Notes under the pieces: generated by a model
The model's database searches: none
The model's input: only the letters and a program-made list of their open reading frames with translations
Told to the model about the DNA's origin: nothing
Made by a program: the position numbers and the translations under genes
Shown: positions 32,149-41,611 of the stretch, piece after piece
How positions within the stretch are numbered: position 1 is the stretch's first letter
Layout: each line of letters begins with the position of its first letter
IMG/VR virus record: IMGVR_UViG_3300022744_000002
Location: 1-64,000 of that record
Length of the DNA stretch: 64,000 nucleotides
DNA from: a virus
Reading direction: 5' to 3' (one strand)

Positions 32149-33402
32149 ATGACTTCGCGGCCGAACTCCGAGTCCAAACTCATCTCCGCCCTGATCAACA
32201 CCGGAGATGCGTCGGCCGCAGGGGTCTACGGCATGCGCACGGAGATGTTTTCCACCCATGGTCCGGAGTACCGCTGGGTACTCGACTACCCGGCCACCTA
32301 CAGCTGCCAGCCCACCAAGGACGCGCTGCTCACCCGCTACCCGGACTTTCCGTTCAGCGACACGGCCAACGAGGTCGGCTTCCTGTGCGACGACGTCAAG
32401 GAGCGGCACACGCTCAAGACGATGACCATCGCCGCCAAGGGGATCATGGAGTCCCTGCGGAACGGAGACTCCGAGGAGGCCTACCAGTACTTCGCCTCCG
32501 TCCAGCACTCAGCACGCGAGAACCATTACCAACTGAGGAACGTCCTCCACGACGAGGCGTTCCTCGATTCATATGACGATCCTGAAGAGCGCATCGAGAT
32601 GCCGTGGAAGACCCTCCAGCGCTGCACCGGGGGACCTGCTGACGGGGACTTCTGGGTGTTCGCCGGCCGATTGGGCAACGGCAAGAGCTGGGTGCTGATG
32701 AACGTCATCCAGAACGCCTTGATGACCGGGGAGAACGTCCTGCTGTTCAGCCTGGAGATGCCCGAGGCCCAGATGCGCTCGCGGATCCACGCCATGCTGG
32801 CCCGCCAGCTGGAGTTTGATGCTACGCATCAGGAACTGCACAAGCGGACGATCTCCACCTCCCGCTACCGCAAGCTGCTCGGGGAGATCCGAGACCACGT
32901 CCTTGGCGAGCTGATGATCTGGGACCTGTCCCACGGTCCGGTCTCCACCGCCCACGTCTCGGCCATGAGCAAGGAGTACGACGTCGCCGTGGTGGACCAC
33001 CTGGGCCTGCTGCGCACCACCGCAGGCAAGCGGGCCATCGATGACTGGCGGGAGATGGCCACCATCTCCAACACCATGAAGGAGATCGCCCAGATCAACG
33101 CCGTCCCCATCATCGCCGCGGCTCAGATCAACCGCGAGGGAGCCTCAAAGAAGGGCTGGAAGCCCCCCAGGGTGGACCAGTTGTCCCAGTCCGATGCGAT
33201 CGGGCAGGACGCCGATGTCGTGGTCACCTTGCGCCAGCGGTCGGCCTCGGTGCTGAGCTACTCCATCGAGAAGAACCGGCACGGGGAGGAGGCCTACTTC
33301 CACAGCAACTTCCAGCCGAACGTGGGCAACCTCGACGAGATCACCAAGACCAAGGCCGACGCCATCGTGGACAGCGAGATCGCTCGCTATGAGGAGGACT
33401 GA
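32149..33402 (+). CDS. dnaB: DnaB-family replicative helicase
   Basis: Walker A GRLGNGKS, Walker B VAVVDHLG, QINREG, SDAIGQDADVV. Confidence 0.85.
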   Translation: MTSRPNSESKLISALINTGDASAAGVYGMRTEMFSTHGPEYRWVLDYPATYSCQPTKDALLTRYPDFPFSDTANEVGFLCDDVKERHTLKTMTIAAKGIMESLRNGDSEEAYQYFASVQHSARENHYQLRNVLHDEAFLDSYDDPEERIEMPWKTLQRCTGGPADGDFWVFAGRLGNGKSWVLMNVIQNALMTGENVLLFSLEMPEAQMRSRIHAMLARQLEFDATHQELHKRTISTSRYRKLLGEIRDHVLGELMIWDLSHGPVSTAHVSAMSKEYDVAVVDHLGLLRTTAGKRAIDDWREMATISNTMKEIAQINAVPIIAAAQINREGASKKGWKPPRVDQLSQSDAIGQDADVVVTLRQRSASVLSYSIEKNRHGEEAYFHSNFQPNVGNLDEITKTKADAIVDSEIARYEED

Positions 33403-33593
33403 TGCGGCACGAGCACTGCAAGGTCTGGCGCTGCCACGAGGACCGCATCGAGATCGTCTGTCCGCACTGCAAGCATCGGTTCCACGAGTTCCCGGCCCTG
33501 CTCGGGGACGCGCAGCGAGCCGTCGAGTCGCAGGAGGGTCACACCCGGCTGTGCCCGGGCACCCCGTCCTGCATGAAGAGGAGTTGGCGATGA
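33402..33593 (+). CDS. Small Cys/His-rich protein (63 aa)
   Basis: CKVWRCHE...CPHCKHRFHE. ATGA overlap with the helicase stop. Confidence 0.5.
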   Translation: MRHEHCKVWRCHEDRIEIVCPHCKHRFHEFPALLGDAQRAVESQEGHTRLCPGTPSCMKRSWR

Positions 33594-33859
33594 GCACGCA
33601 ATCCAAGATGTACTGGACGATCCGTTGCGACGTCTGCGAGAACTTGCACAGCAGCGAGGGTCAGTGGGAGTACACCGTGTACGACGAGGAGGCTGACGCC
33701 CTCGACGCCGCATCGGACTCCGACTGGCGGATCTTCCCCGACATGCATGTCTGCTGCTGGTGCATCGACAAGGGCGTCGTTCCCGATGGTGCTCACGCCG
33801 ATGACCCTGACGACGTGGGCATTTGCCGTTGGTGTGGGGATGAGTGGCCCCATGAGTGA
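33590..33859 (+). CDS. Small Cys-rich protein (89 aa)
   Basis: Internal ATG at 33590 overlaps the previous stop. CDVC ... CCWC ... CRWC. Confidence 0.55.
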   Translation: MSTQSKMYWTIRCDVCENLHSSEGQWEYTVYDEEADALDAASDSDWRIFPDMHVCCWCIDKGVVPDGAHADDPDDVGICRWCGDEWPHE

Positions 33860-34160
33860 CATTCAGAGATACGCCCCCGCCAGTGACTACGGCCCGTCGT
33901 ACATGGTTCCCACTCACAAGGGCATGTACGTCCTGTACGAGGTGCATCTTGCCGCCGTCGCGGAAGCCGAGAAGCGTGGTCGCACGAAGGCGTGGGAGTC
34001 GTGCTACATCGAAGAACGAGAGCGTTGGGTCTACGAGCAGGGCCAGCGTGACGAACGCGAACGCATCAAGTCCGTGGTGCGTGCCTACACACATACATCC
34101 ATCGCGGAGAGGGTCGCTCAGATCATTGACGACTCGTATATCAAGGGAGTGGAGTCCTGA
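33852..34160 (+). CDS. Hypothetical protein, SDIQR-family paralog 1
   Basis: ATGAGTGA start/stop overlap. The N-terminus MSDIQRY and the central GQRDERE resemble 40594..40908. Confidence 0.55.
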   Translation: MSDIQRYAPASDYGPSYMVPTHKGMYVLYEVHLAAVAEAEKRGRTKAWESCYIEERERWVYEQGQRDERERIKSVVRAYTHTSIAERVAQIIDDSYIKGVES

Positions 34161-34459
34161 TGTGTGGATGTGGAATCGCTGACTGGTGCGCTGGTGGCTG
34201 CTCATGCGGCTGCGACCACGACACGCTGGAAGGTCAGCGGAGTCAGGCGCAGCACTTCGCTAGGAACTACAAGGACATGACGGAGCGTGCGATTGATGCG
34301 TTCCAGCGGGGCAAGCAGCGCACGATCAGCGATGCCGTGGCAGCGGTAGAGGCGCTTGCGCGGCGTCGGGGCGGGTCGGACGGATCACCCGCGCAGATGC
34401 TCTACGACAACGAGGTCCTTGACGCGATCGAGGGAGCAGCAGATGCACGTCACGCTTGA
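34160..34459 (+). CDS. Hypothetical protein with Cys-rich N-terminus and a DAVAAVEAL motif
   Basis: Shares a 20-nt identical stretch (GTGGCAGCGGTAGAGGCGCT) with 40594..40908. Confidence 0.55.
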   Translation: MCGCGIADWCAGGCSCGCDHDTLEGQRSQAQHFARNYKDMTERAIDAFQRGKQRTISDAVAAVEALARRRGGSDGSPAQMLYDNEVLDAIEGAADARHA

Positions 34460-35264
34460 GCAGGCCCTGAGCACCGGCCACGGACAGTGGAGGTCGTTCA
34501 CCTGCCCCTCACACGAGGACAACAACCCCTCGGCCCGGGTGAACACTGAGAGTGGCAAGTGGATCTGCATGGTCTGCGGGGCCAAGGGCACCATCGACGG
34601 CTACCAGGTGGACTACGACGCCATGCTCGAGGAGGCGTGGGCCATGCTGGGGGAAGAGTCCCTGCTCAAGCCCGAGAGCTGGCTGGACCAGTTCGACTCC
34701 GGCCCCGTCCACCACTACTGGCTGTCCCGGTTCACCGAGGACGTCTGCCGGCACTACCGGCTGGGGTGGGATGGGACCAAGGGAGAGCCGTGCTACCCCG
34801 TGCGGGCCATGAACGGCTCTCCCTTGGGGATCGTCCACCGCAACATCTCCGACCCCGGGGGCCCGAAGTACAAGTACCCCCGCAAGGTCCACACCTCCGA
34901 CCTGCTGTTCGGGGTGCCTGAGCTGGAGCAGGCCGAGGTCCTCTTCCTCGTGGAGGGCGCCATGGACGTCTGTGCTGTCAGAGAGTGCGGCCATGATGCT
35001 GTCGGGTCCTACGGGTCGCAGCTGCACCCCGAGCAGGTCCGCCAGATCGTGGCGCTGGAACCGTGCATCGTGTTCCTCGCCTACGACATGGACCGCTCGG
35101 GGCATATCGGGTCCGGCAAGGCCGAGTGGGACCTTGGACTGGCAGGGGTGCTGACGCGGCGGATCTTCTGGGACGCCGAGTACAAGGACCTTGGGATGAT
35201 GGACACTGAGTCACGTTCCGATACTTTGGCAAAGGCTCTTGCATCCAAGCACACCCATGTGTAG
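34443..35264 (+). CDS. dnaG: DnaG-type DNA primase (CHC2 zinc finger plus TOPRIM)
   Basis: CPSHEDNNPSARV...CMVCG zinc finger. TOPRIM FLVEGAMDV ... AYDMDRSG. Internal ATG at 34443. Confidence 0.8.
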   Translation: MHVTLEQALSTGHGQWRSFTCPSHEDNNPSARVNTESGKWICMVCGAKGTIDGYQVDYDAMLEEAWAMLGEESLLKPESWLDQFDSGPVHHYWLSRFTEDVCRHYRLGWDGTKGEPCYPVRAMNGSPLGIVHRNISDPGGPKYKYPRKVHTSDLLFGVPELEQAEVLFLVEGAMDVCAVRECGHDAVGSYGSQLHPEQVRQIVALEPCIVFLAYDMDRSGHIGSGKAEWDLGLAGVLTRRIFWDAEYKDLGMMDTESRSDTLAKALASKHTHV

Positions 35265-35274
35265 TGTCCTCTCC

Positions 35275-35679
35275 ATGGGAATCAATGCCGAACTTGTCAG
35301 TGAGTACCAGATCGCCAAGAGCGCCCTAGAGATCGCCAAGGAACGGTTTGCCAAGATCGAGAACGCGCTGTGCCAGGACATGCTGACCAGTCAGATCAAG
35401 ACCGACGTCGTCACCGTGGGGGACCGGGACTGGAAAGTCACTGTCGTCCAGAACGAGACCGTCAGCATCGATGCCAAGGGCTTGGAGGAGTTCCTGGGCA
35501 AGCGGAACTTCAAGAAGCTCTGCACCTACAAGATCGACCAGAAGGGCGTGGAGCACGGCATCAAGGCGCCGGATATCCCCCTGACGGCCGAGAGCGCGTC
35601 GGCCTTCGTCACCATCAACCCGAGCAAGCCCTACGTGCGGATCTCCAAGTACACAGGAGAGGGCGATGACGCAGCCTGA
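35275..35679 (+). CDS. Hypothetical protein (134 aa; N-terminal helix then beta-rich; weakly Gam-like)
   Basis: ATG at 35275 lies 11 nt after the primase stop. No firm motif. Confidence 0.45.
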   Translation: MGINAELVSEYQIAKSALEIAKERFAKIENALCQDMLTSQIKTDVVTVGDRDWKVTVVQNETVSIDAKGLEEFLGKRNFKKLCTYKIDQKGVEHGIKAPDIPLTAESASAFVTINPSKPYVRISKYTGEGDDAA

Positions 35680-36136
35680 GACGCTTACCCGCGTGGTGAC
35701 CATCGATCCGGCTACTCGGTTCGTGCGGTCATTGCCGGGCAACTACTCCATGCTGCGCGAGGCCGCGCACGCCTGCGGGGTCAGTCAGTTCACCCTCCGC
35801 AAGTTCATCGCGGACGACGTGGAGGAGTGCACGCCGAGCAAGTACACGATGTTCGGCAAGGTCAAGATCTATCTCTATACCGATGAGGACATCGCGTCGA
35901 TCAAGAAGTACCTGAAGAGCCAGGTGCAGATCTTCGACCACAATGGTCAGGCCCGCAGGATCGGCCGGCCACCGAAGTACGCCGAGGACGAGCGGCACGA
36001 CCGGGACAAGCTCCACTCCAAGAAGTGGTACTGGAACAACCGAGTCAAGCTGCTCACCGAGCGCGGAGACATCGCTGGGGCCAAGGAGGCCAAGAAGCGG
36101 GTCAAGGAGATCGACGAGGAGTTGAAGCGCAAGTGA
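35666..36136 (+). CDS. HTH (excisionase/MerR-like) DNA-binding protein with basic C-terminus
   Basis: MLREAAHACGVSQFTLRKFI helix-turn-helix-like segment. Confidence 0.5.
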   Translation: MTQPETLTRVVTIDPATRFVRSLPGNYSMLREAAHACGVSQFTLRKFIADDVEECTPSKYTMFGKVKIYLYTDEDIASIKKYLKSQVQIFDHNGQARRIGRPPKYAEDERHDRDKLHSKKWYWNNRVKLLTERGDIAGAKEAKKRVKEIDEELKRK

Positions 36137-36342
36137 CGCGCATCGAGGTAGGCATCACCCACCAGGTCTCCATCAAGGGCGACCAGTCGTGGGTCAAGCT
36201 GAGCATCACCGAGGACGTGGAGCTCAGTGACAAGCTTGGCAGGGACCTAGACGCCGCGGTGTCAGACCTGTCCGAGAAGGTGAACACACAGCTCATCAAG
36301 GTGATCGAGCAGACGGTGGAAACAGTCAACAACTACCAGTGA
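36133..36342 (+). CDS. Hypothetical protein (69 aa)
   Basis: GTGA overlap with the previous stop. Normal composition. Confidence 0.45.
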   Translation: MTRIEVGITHQVSIKGDQSWVKLSITEDVELSDKLGRDLDAAVSDLSEKVNTQLIKVIEQTVETVNNYQ

Positions 36343-36359
36343 ACAAGGAGCAATGACCA

Positions 36360-37148
36360 ATGCGATTCGGACAAAGGAAAGAAGAAGCACCCGAGGTCGG
36401 TGGCGACGGCCTGTACCTGCGTAACTTCAAGGACGGCGACACCACGGTGCGCTTCTTGGAGGAGGTCAACGACTGGATCGAGTTCCGGGAGCACTACACC
36501 CGAGACCGCCGCTCGTTCCCCTGCACGCGCGAGGAGGACTGCCCCGGCTGCACCAGCGATGACGACGAGGTGAAGCAGACGTCCCGCAAGTACGCGGTCA
36601 ACCTCCAGGTGGTCCGTGGCAACGGCTCGTACGTCGCCCCGCACCGCATCCCGGTGGGCGTCATGAAGAAGATGGAGACCCGCAGCGAGCGCAACGAGGG
36701 CACCATCCTCAGCCGCGACTTCATCATCATGCGCTCGGGCAAGAGCTTCGACACCGAGTACGACGTCGAGGCCGATGACAAGTACGAGGTCAACATCAAG
36801 GCCCTGCGCAAGGAGGGGCTGGACATCGAGGAGGTCCTCCAGGCGGCGTTCGATGAGAACGCTCCCGGGCAGGGCAAGCCGTCCCGCTTCGAGAAGGACG
36901 ACGAGGGCGACGAGGTCGTGCCTCGCTCGGCGCGCAAGCCCAAGGTCGAGGAGGACGAGTTCCCTTCTGAGGCCGAGGTCCAGAGCGACAGCGCGGATGA
37001 CTCGGACGTCGAGATCGACGAGGATGAGTTGTTCGACATGACCATCCCGCAGCTGAAGGGGCTGGCCGCCAAGGCCAAGATCGATGTCCCCGCAGGCGCG
37101 AAGAAGTCGGTCATCATCAAGCTCCTCATGGAGTCTGCTTCGGCCTAG
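36360..37148 (+). CDS. Putative ssDNA-binding protein (zinc CxxC, acidic tail, C-terminal SAP/Rho-N-like motif)
   Basis: FPCTREEDCPGC, a long acidic region, and C-terminal LFDMTIPQLKGLAAKAKIDVPAGAKKSVIIKLL. Located in the replication module. The function call is tentative. Confidence 0.45.
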   Translation: MRFGQRKEEAPEVGGDGLYLRNFKDGDTTVRFLEEVNDWIEFREHYTRDRRSFPCTREEDCPGCTSDDDEVKQTSRKYAVNLQVVRGNGSYVAPHRIPVGVMKKMETRSERNEGTILSRDFIIMRSGKSFDTEYDVEADDKYEVNIKALRKEGLDIEEVLQAAFDENAPGQGKPSRFEKDDEGDEVVPRSARKPKVEEDEFPSEAEVQSDSADDSDVEIDEDELFDMTIPQLKGLAAKAKIDVPAGAKKSVIIKLLMESASA

Positions 37149-37369
37149 CCGTGGGGCAACCCAAAAGCCTCAGTCAGCAGCACGACCCGTATTGGGGTAA
37201 GCCGTGGACGCACACCAGCGCTCCCGTAACGACGCTGTTGTAGTTGAGGATTCCGCTTAGGCAGCGGCAACCGCCTTGCACGGACACTGGGTGACAGGAC
37301 ATCGCGAACCTGCACCAGTGGTGGCCGGGCAGCCCGTTCGAGTCGGGCCAAGGCACGGAGGTACTACCC

Positions 37370-37729
37370 ATGAATCAGTTCCCTGACGAACCCGAGAAGC
37401 GTCACCACCACCCCAACCGCGGTGGATCCGCTGACGGCGCCTATGCCGTCACCTTCCGCGCGGGGACCCAGAAGCACAAACTGTTGAAGGCCTATGACGA
37501 GCTGCCTGACGGCCGCGCTCTGACCGACGACAAGGCTGCCCAGCGTGCGGGCCTGCTGCATGCCACCTACTGGATGCGCTGCTCTGAACTGCGCGAGGGC
37601 GGCTTCATCAAACAGGTCGTCATCGACGGCGTGCCGCAGGAGGGCATGGGCCTGCACGGCTCCCCGCGGATGCTCTGCCGCATCACCGCCTACGGTCGCG
37701 CCTTCCTCGAAGAGCTGGAGGAGGGGTGA
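37370..37729 (+). CDS. Winged-helix (MarR-like) DNA-binding protein
   Basis: LTDDKAAQRAGLLHATYWMRCSELREGGFI pattern. Confidence 0.45.
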   Translation: MNQFPDEPEKRHHHPNRGGSADGAYAVTFRAGTQKHKLLKAYDELPDGRALTDDKAAQRAGLLHATYWMRCSELREGGFIKQVVIDGVPQEGMGLHGSPRMLCRITAYGRAFLEELEEG

Positions 37730-40380
37730 TCTTTAACTTACATTCCCACAGCGCCTTCTCCGCTGGGGACGCGCTCCCGCAGGTCAAGGACATGGTCAAG
37801 ACCGTCAAGGGCTACGACCAGCCCGCCCTGGGTCTGACCGACCACGGCAACATGGCCGGCGCCATCCAGCTCTACACCGAGTGCCACAAGGCGGGGATCA
37901 AGCCCTTCCCCGGCACCGAGCTGTACGTTGTCCACGACCGCAACGACACCAAGGCCAAGCGGCACCACATGTGCGTGGTGGCCCACACGTCCACCGGCTA
38001 CGAGAACCTCGTGCGGCTGTCCACCCTGAGCCACGAGAACTTCTACAACAAGCCGCTGATCGACCACGCCGACCTCGCCTCGCTGTCCGAGTACGGGATG
38101 CTCAAGGGGCTGGCGGCCACGTCCGGCTGCTACTTCGGCTTCATCGCGCAGGCCGTGGTCAAGGAGGACTACACGCAGGCCCAGCAGTTGATGGGGTCCT
38201 ACTCCAAGTGGTTCGACCGCTTCTACGTCGAGCTGCAGAACCACCACATCGACCACGGCGATGGCTGGGACGATGACCAGCTGGCGGGGGAACTGCTCCT
38301 GCTGTCCCAGCGGATGGGCATCCCCGCCGTGCTCACGCAGGACTCCCACTACTGCCATCAGGACGACCAGGAGATCCACGATGCCCTCAAGCGACTCGTC
38401 TCGTTCGGTCCCGATCCCGACGACGCCACCTTCCCCGGTGACGGCTTCGGCCTTGCCACCGAGCAGTGGCTCCTCGACCACCACGATTCCGAGCGGTACG
38501 CCTACGGTGCCGAGGGACTGGCTGACCTTCTGGCAGCGCATGACCTGGGCATCCCTGAACTAGACACCTACCACTACAACATCCCCTTCACGGTCGAGGA
38601 CCCCGACGAGGTCCTGCGGCGGGCGTGCGAGCAGCGGCTGGAGGACATGAAGTTCGGTGGCAAGGGTCACAGCGACCGGATGCTGCGCCTGCAGGACGAG
38701 CTGGACATCATCAAGGACACCGGCATGGCCGGGTACCTGCTGCTGGTGGCCGAGGTCACCGACTGGTGCCGCAAGAACCAGGTGTTCTACCAAGCGCGTG
38801 GATCGGCCTCGGGCTCCATCGCCTGCTGGCTGCTGGAGATCACCCAGGAGGACCCGATCAAGTGGGGTCTGTCCTTCGAGCGGTTCATCTCTCGCGACCG
38901 CACCAAGCCCCCGGATATCGACCTCGACGTGGAGAGCGTCCGACGTCAGGATCTGATCGACTACCTGCGGGGACGGTTCTCGGTCGTCCAGATCGGGACG
39001 TGGAGCCAGTACTCACTGCACGGAGAGGACGAGGATGAGGACGGGGCAAAAGGCAGCCTTCGCGTCAAGTACTACTCTGCTGCTAGCCGGGCTGGTAAGC
39101 CTGCTGTTGATTGGGCTTCGGTCCCTCAGGAGGACAAAGACCACCTCCAGGCGCTCGCGGATATCGGCCCCTTTGCCTCGTATAGCAAGCATGCAGCGGG
39201 TCTTGTTGTCACCACGACGGCCTCGGAGCTGACCAGCCTCGTCCCGATGATGTGGATCGCCTCGTCCAAGACGATGGTGACCCAGTACGAGATGAAGGAC
39301 ATCGAGAAACTGGGGCTGGTCAAGCTCGACGTGCTCGGGCTGAAGACCCTGACCACCCTGCACTACTGCATGGACAACCTCGGCCGGAACGTCTTCGAGG
39401 GGCTGGGCTGGATCCCGCTGACCGACCAGCGGACCTACGCCACCATCGCCCGGGGAGACACCGAGGGCGTGTTCCAGCTGGAGGGCGGCTCGGCCGCGCG
39501 TGGATGTCGTCGGCTCAAGCCCACCAAGATCCGGGACATCGTCGCGGCCATGGCATTGTTCCGGCCGGCCACGATGAACTCGGGGGCCACGGACGACTAC
39601 ATCGCCCGCAAGCATGGGGAGAAGCCCACGCCCGAGCGCAACCCCATCATCGACAAGCACACCGCGCGGACCTTCGGGATCATGCTCTTCCAGGAGCAGG
39701 TCATCGCCATCCTGCGAGACCTCGGGATGACCGCTGACGACCTCACGGCCTTCCTCAAGGCGGTCAAGGCCTCCAACTCCGAGATCGGGGATGCGGGCAA
39801 GGTCATCGATGGCTACAAGGCGCGGGTGCGGGACATGGCGCTGGACGCCGACTTCTCCAGCGCCGACTGGAAGTGGCTGTGGGGAGCGATCGAGGGGTTC
39901 GCCGAGTACGGCTTCAACGAGGCCCACAGCGTGGCCTACGGGCTCACGGCGTACCGCTGCGCCTATCTGGCCACCCACCACCCTCTGGAGTTCTTCACGG
40001 CCCTGCTACGGGTCGCGGAGGGGTCTACCAAGCGCAAGGGGGACAAGTACACCAAGGAGGAGATCTACGTGCGAGCTGCCAAGGCTCGCGGCCTGAGCCT
40101 GCGGCGAGCGGACGTCAACATCTCTGGCGCCTCCTACACCGTGGACAAGCGGGGCAATGCCATCCGCAAGGGCCTGGGGTCGATCAAGGGCATCGGCGCC
40201 TCCACGGCGAACAAGATCATCGCGGCCCGTCCCCTAGACGGCTACACCTCGATGGAGGAACTGTGCCTGCTGAGTAAGGTCAGCGGGTCCGGCCCCTACC
40301 TCACCGGGGGAGACCTCCAGGTGGGGATCATCGGCAAGCTCTACGACGCCGGAGCCCTCGACGATCTGCTGGCGTCATGA
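37726..40380 (+). CDS. dnaE: DNA polymerase III alpha subunit (DnaE-type, compact 884 aa)
   Basis: PHP motifs HSHSAFS and DHGNMAG. Core motifs PPDIDLDV, LVKLDVLGLKTL, EGVFQLEG, FRPATM. GTG start overlaps the previous stop. Confidence 0.85.
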   Translation: MIFNLHSHSAFSAGDALPQVKDMVKTVKGYDQPALGLTDHGNMAGAIQLYTECHKAGIKPFPGTELYVVHDRNDTKAKRHHMCVVAHTSTGYENLVRLSTLSHENFYNKPLIDHADLASLSEYGMLKGLAATSGCYFGFIAQAVVKEDYTQAQQLMGSYSKWFDRFYVELQNHHIDHGDGWDDDQLAGELLLLSQRMGIPAVLTQDSHYCHQDDQEIHDALKRLVSFGPDPDDATFPGDGFGLATEQWLLDHHDSERYAYGAEGLADLLAAHDLGIPELDTYHYNIPFTVEDPDEVLRRACEQRLEDMKFGGKGHSDRMLRLQDELDIIKDTGMAGYLLLVAEVTDWCRKNQVFYQARGSASGSIACWLLEITQEDPIKWGLSFERFISRDRTKPPDIDLDVESVRRQDLIDYLRGRFSVVQIGTWSQYSLHGEDEDEDGAKGSLRVKYYSAASRAGKPAVDWASVPQEDKDHLQALADIGPFASYSKHAAGLVVTTTASELTSLVPMMWIASSKTMVTQYEMKDIEKLGLVKLDVLGLKTLTTLHYCMDNLGRNVFEGLGWIPLTDQRTYATIARGDTEGVFQLEGGSAARGCRRLKPTKIRDIVAAMALFRPATMNSGATDDYIARKHGEKPTPERNPIIDKHTARTFGIMLFQEQVIAILRDLGMTADDLTAFLKAVKASNSEIGDAGKVIDGYKARVRDMALDADFSSADWKWLWGAIEGFAEYGFNEAHSVAYGLTAYRCAYLATHHPLEFFTALLRVAEGSTKRKGDKYTKEEIYVRAAKARGLSLRRADVNISGASYTVDKRGNAIRKGLGSIKGIGASTANKIIAARPLDGYTSMEELCLLSKVSGSGPYLTGGDLQVGIIGKLYDAGALDDLLAS

Positions 40381-40601
40381 TCAGGCGACAGCCTCTGCCC
40401 GAGGTGCTCTATCACCTCATCAAGCATGAGGAGAACTGGACCACGCACCAGCGCAGCATGTACTGGATCAACCAGATCATCCTTCAGGTGCGCAAGGACG
40501 AGCAGCTGCGCATCCGCAAGGCCGTGCTGGAGTACTACGCCGTGGCCCCCAAGGCTGCTGAGCCGATTCTCAAGATCATCGGAGGTGGAGTCAGTGAGTG
40601 A
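40377..40601 (+). CDS. Hypothetical protein (74 aa)
   Basis: ATGA overlap with the polymerase stop. Confidence 0.55.
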   Translation: MIRRQPLPEVLYHLIKHEENWTTHQRSMYWINQIILQVRKDEQLRIRKAVLEYYAVAPKAAEPILKIIGGGVSE

Positions 40602-40908
40602 CATACAGCGTTGGGACTACGACGAGTACGGGTCGATGTTTGAGGCAGACGATGGGCCGCTCTGCTTCTACGCCGATCACGTTGCCGCCGTCGAAAACAC
40701 AATCATTCCGAACGCTTGGAATGCAGGCTGGCAGGAAGGGTTCGTCAAAGGCCAGCGGCAGGGCGAACGTGACGGTCGTGCGTGGGCGCTGGCTGACGCG
40801 GTGGCAGCGGTAGAGGCGCTGCCGATTGACGAGTTCGTCCGACTAGACCCTGCTGACGCGAAGGCAACGGTCATCGCCTCGATCAAGGGAGTAGGCAATG
40901 CCGTCTAA
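40594..40908 (+). CDS. Hypothetical protein, SDIQR-family paralog 2
   Basis: GTGAGTGA start/stop overlap mirrors 33852. VSDIQRW..., GQRQGERDGR..., DAVAAVEAL. Confidence 0.5.
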   Translation: MSDIQRWDYDEYGSMFEADDGPLCFYADHVAAVENTIIPNAWNAGWQEGFVKGQRQGERDGRAWALADAVAAVEALPIDEFVRLDPADAKATVIASIKGVGNAV

Positions 40909-41215
40909 CCGCGAACTTGACGAGTTCATGGAGGCACACCCGACCGTCCGAGTGCTGAACACCGGGCTGGGCGAGATGCCAGTCGTTCCGTTCTACGACG
41001 TGGTAGATGCGCTGGAGCGGGCCAGAGAGGAACCGCAGGACGGCGACGACTTCTGGCCCAGCCGCGTTCGGCACGCGGAACGACGGGGCTATCAGCGGGC
41101 GCTGGCTGCTGCCGTGGCAGCGATTCGCAAGCGTGGCGGTTACCACTCGTCCGAGGAGTTCGCGCAGTTGATAGAGCAAGTCGCCGCGATCAATGGAGTC
41201 AGCAATGACTGGTGA
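40898..41215 (+). CDS. Hypothetical protein (105 aa)
   Basis: ORF track. Contains GYQRALAAAVAAI, related to the DAVAAVEAL family motif. Confidence 0.55.
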   Translation: MPSNRELDEFMEAHPTVRVLNTGLGEMPVVPFYDVVDALERAREEPQDGDDFWPSRVRHAERRGYQRALAAAVAAIRKRGGYHSSEEFAQLIEQVAAINGVSNDW

Positions 41216-41447
41216 GATGTGGTCGCCCACGAGCGGCGGCAAGGAGAAGATCCAGTCGATCACCATCGCTGGCGAGACGTTCGTCCGTCCTGACTGGAAC
41301 GCCTACGAGCATGGTGTCAAGGACGCGACCGATCGACTGTGGCGTCACCTGACCACCCGCTATGCGCCCATCACGGGCAAGGGCATGACCAACGGCCCGG
41401 TGTGCGTGGACGAGGTCGTGGCGATCACGGGAGGGGAGGAAGCATGA
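41205..41447 (+). CDS. Hypothetical protein (80 aa)
   Basis: ATG at 41205 lies 6 nt after GGAG. The track start at 41193 is an alternative. Confidence 0.5.
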   Translation: MTGEMWSPTSGGKEKIQSITIAGETFVRPDWNAYEHGVKDATDRLWRHLTTRYAPITGKGMTNGPVCVDEVVAITGGEEA

Positions 41448-41611
41448 CATTCGGCAAGAAGGCCTCGGTGGCAAAGAACGATCCCGTCAAGGTGCTTGCC
41501 AAGTACGACGGCTTCTGTGTCGCGTGCGGGCTGGACATCCTCGAGGGCGAGGACTGGATCATCTTCAGCGAGTACTGGGACGCATTCGTCCATGTGGAGT
41601 GCCCGATATGA
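41444..41611 (+). CDS. Small zinc-ribbon-like protein (55 aa)
   Basis: GGAGGAAGC then ATG. CVAC ... HVEC. Confidence 0.5.
   Translation: MTFGKKASVAKNDPVKVLAKYDGFCVACGLDILEGEDWIIFSEYWDAFVHVECPI

Noticed and set aside
37270-37360. Possible tRNA in the 220-nt gap before 37370, based on GCCCG-TTCGAGT-CGGGC (T-arm-like) and a partially complementary CGCCTTG/CAAGGCA acceptor.
   Set aside because: The 85-nt candidate lacks a convincing D-stem and its best anticodon helix has a 10-nt loop. It needs a tRNA-scanning program to settle. I treated it as a hairpin in a 5' leader.
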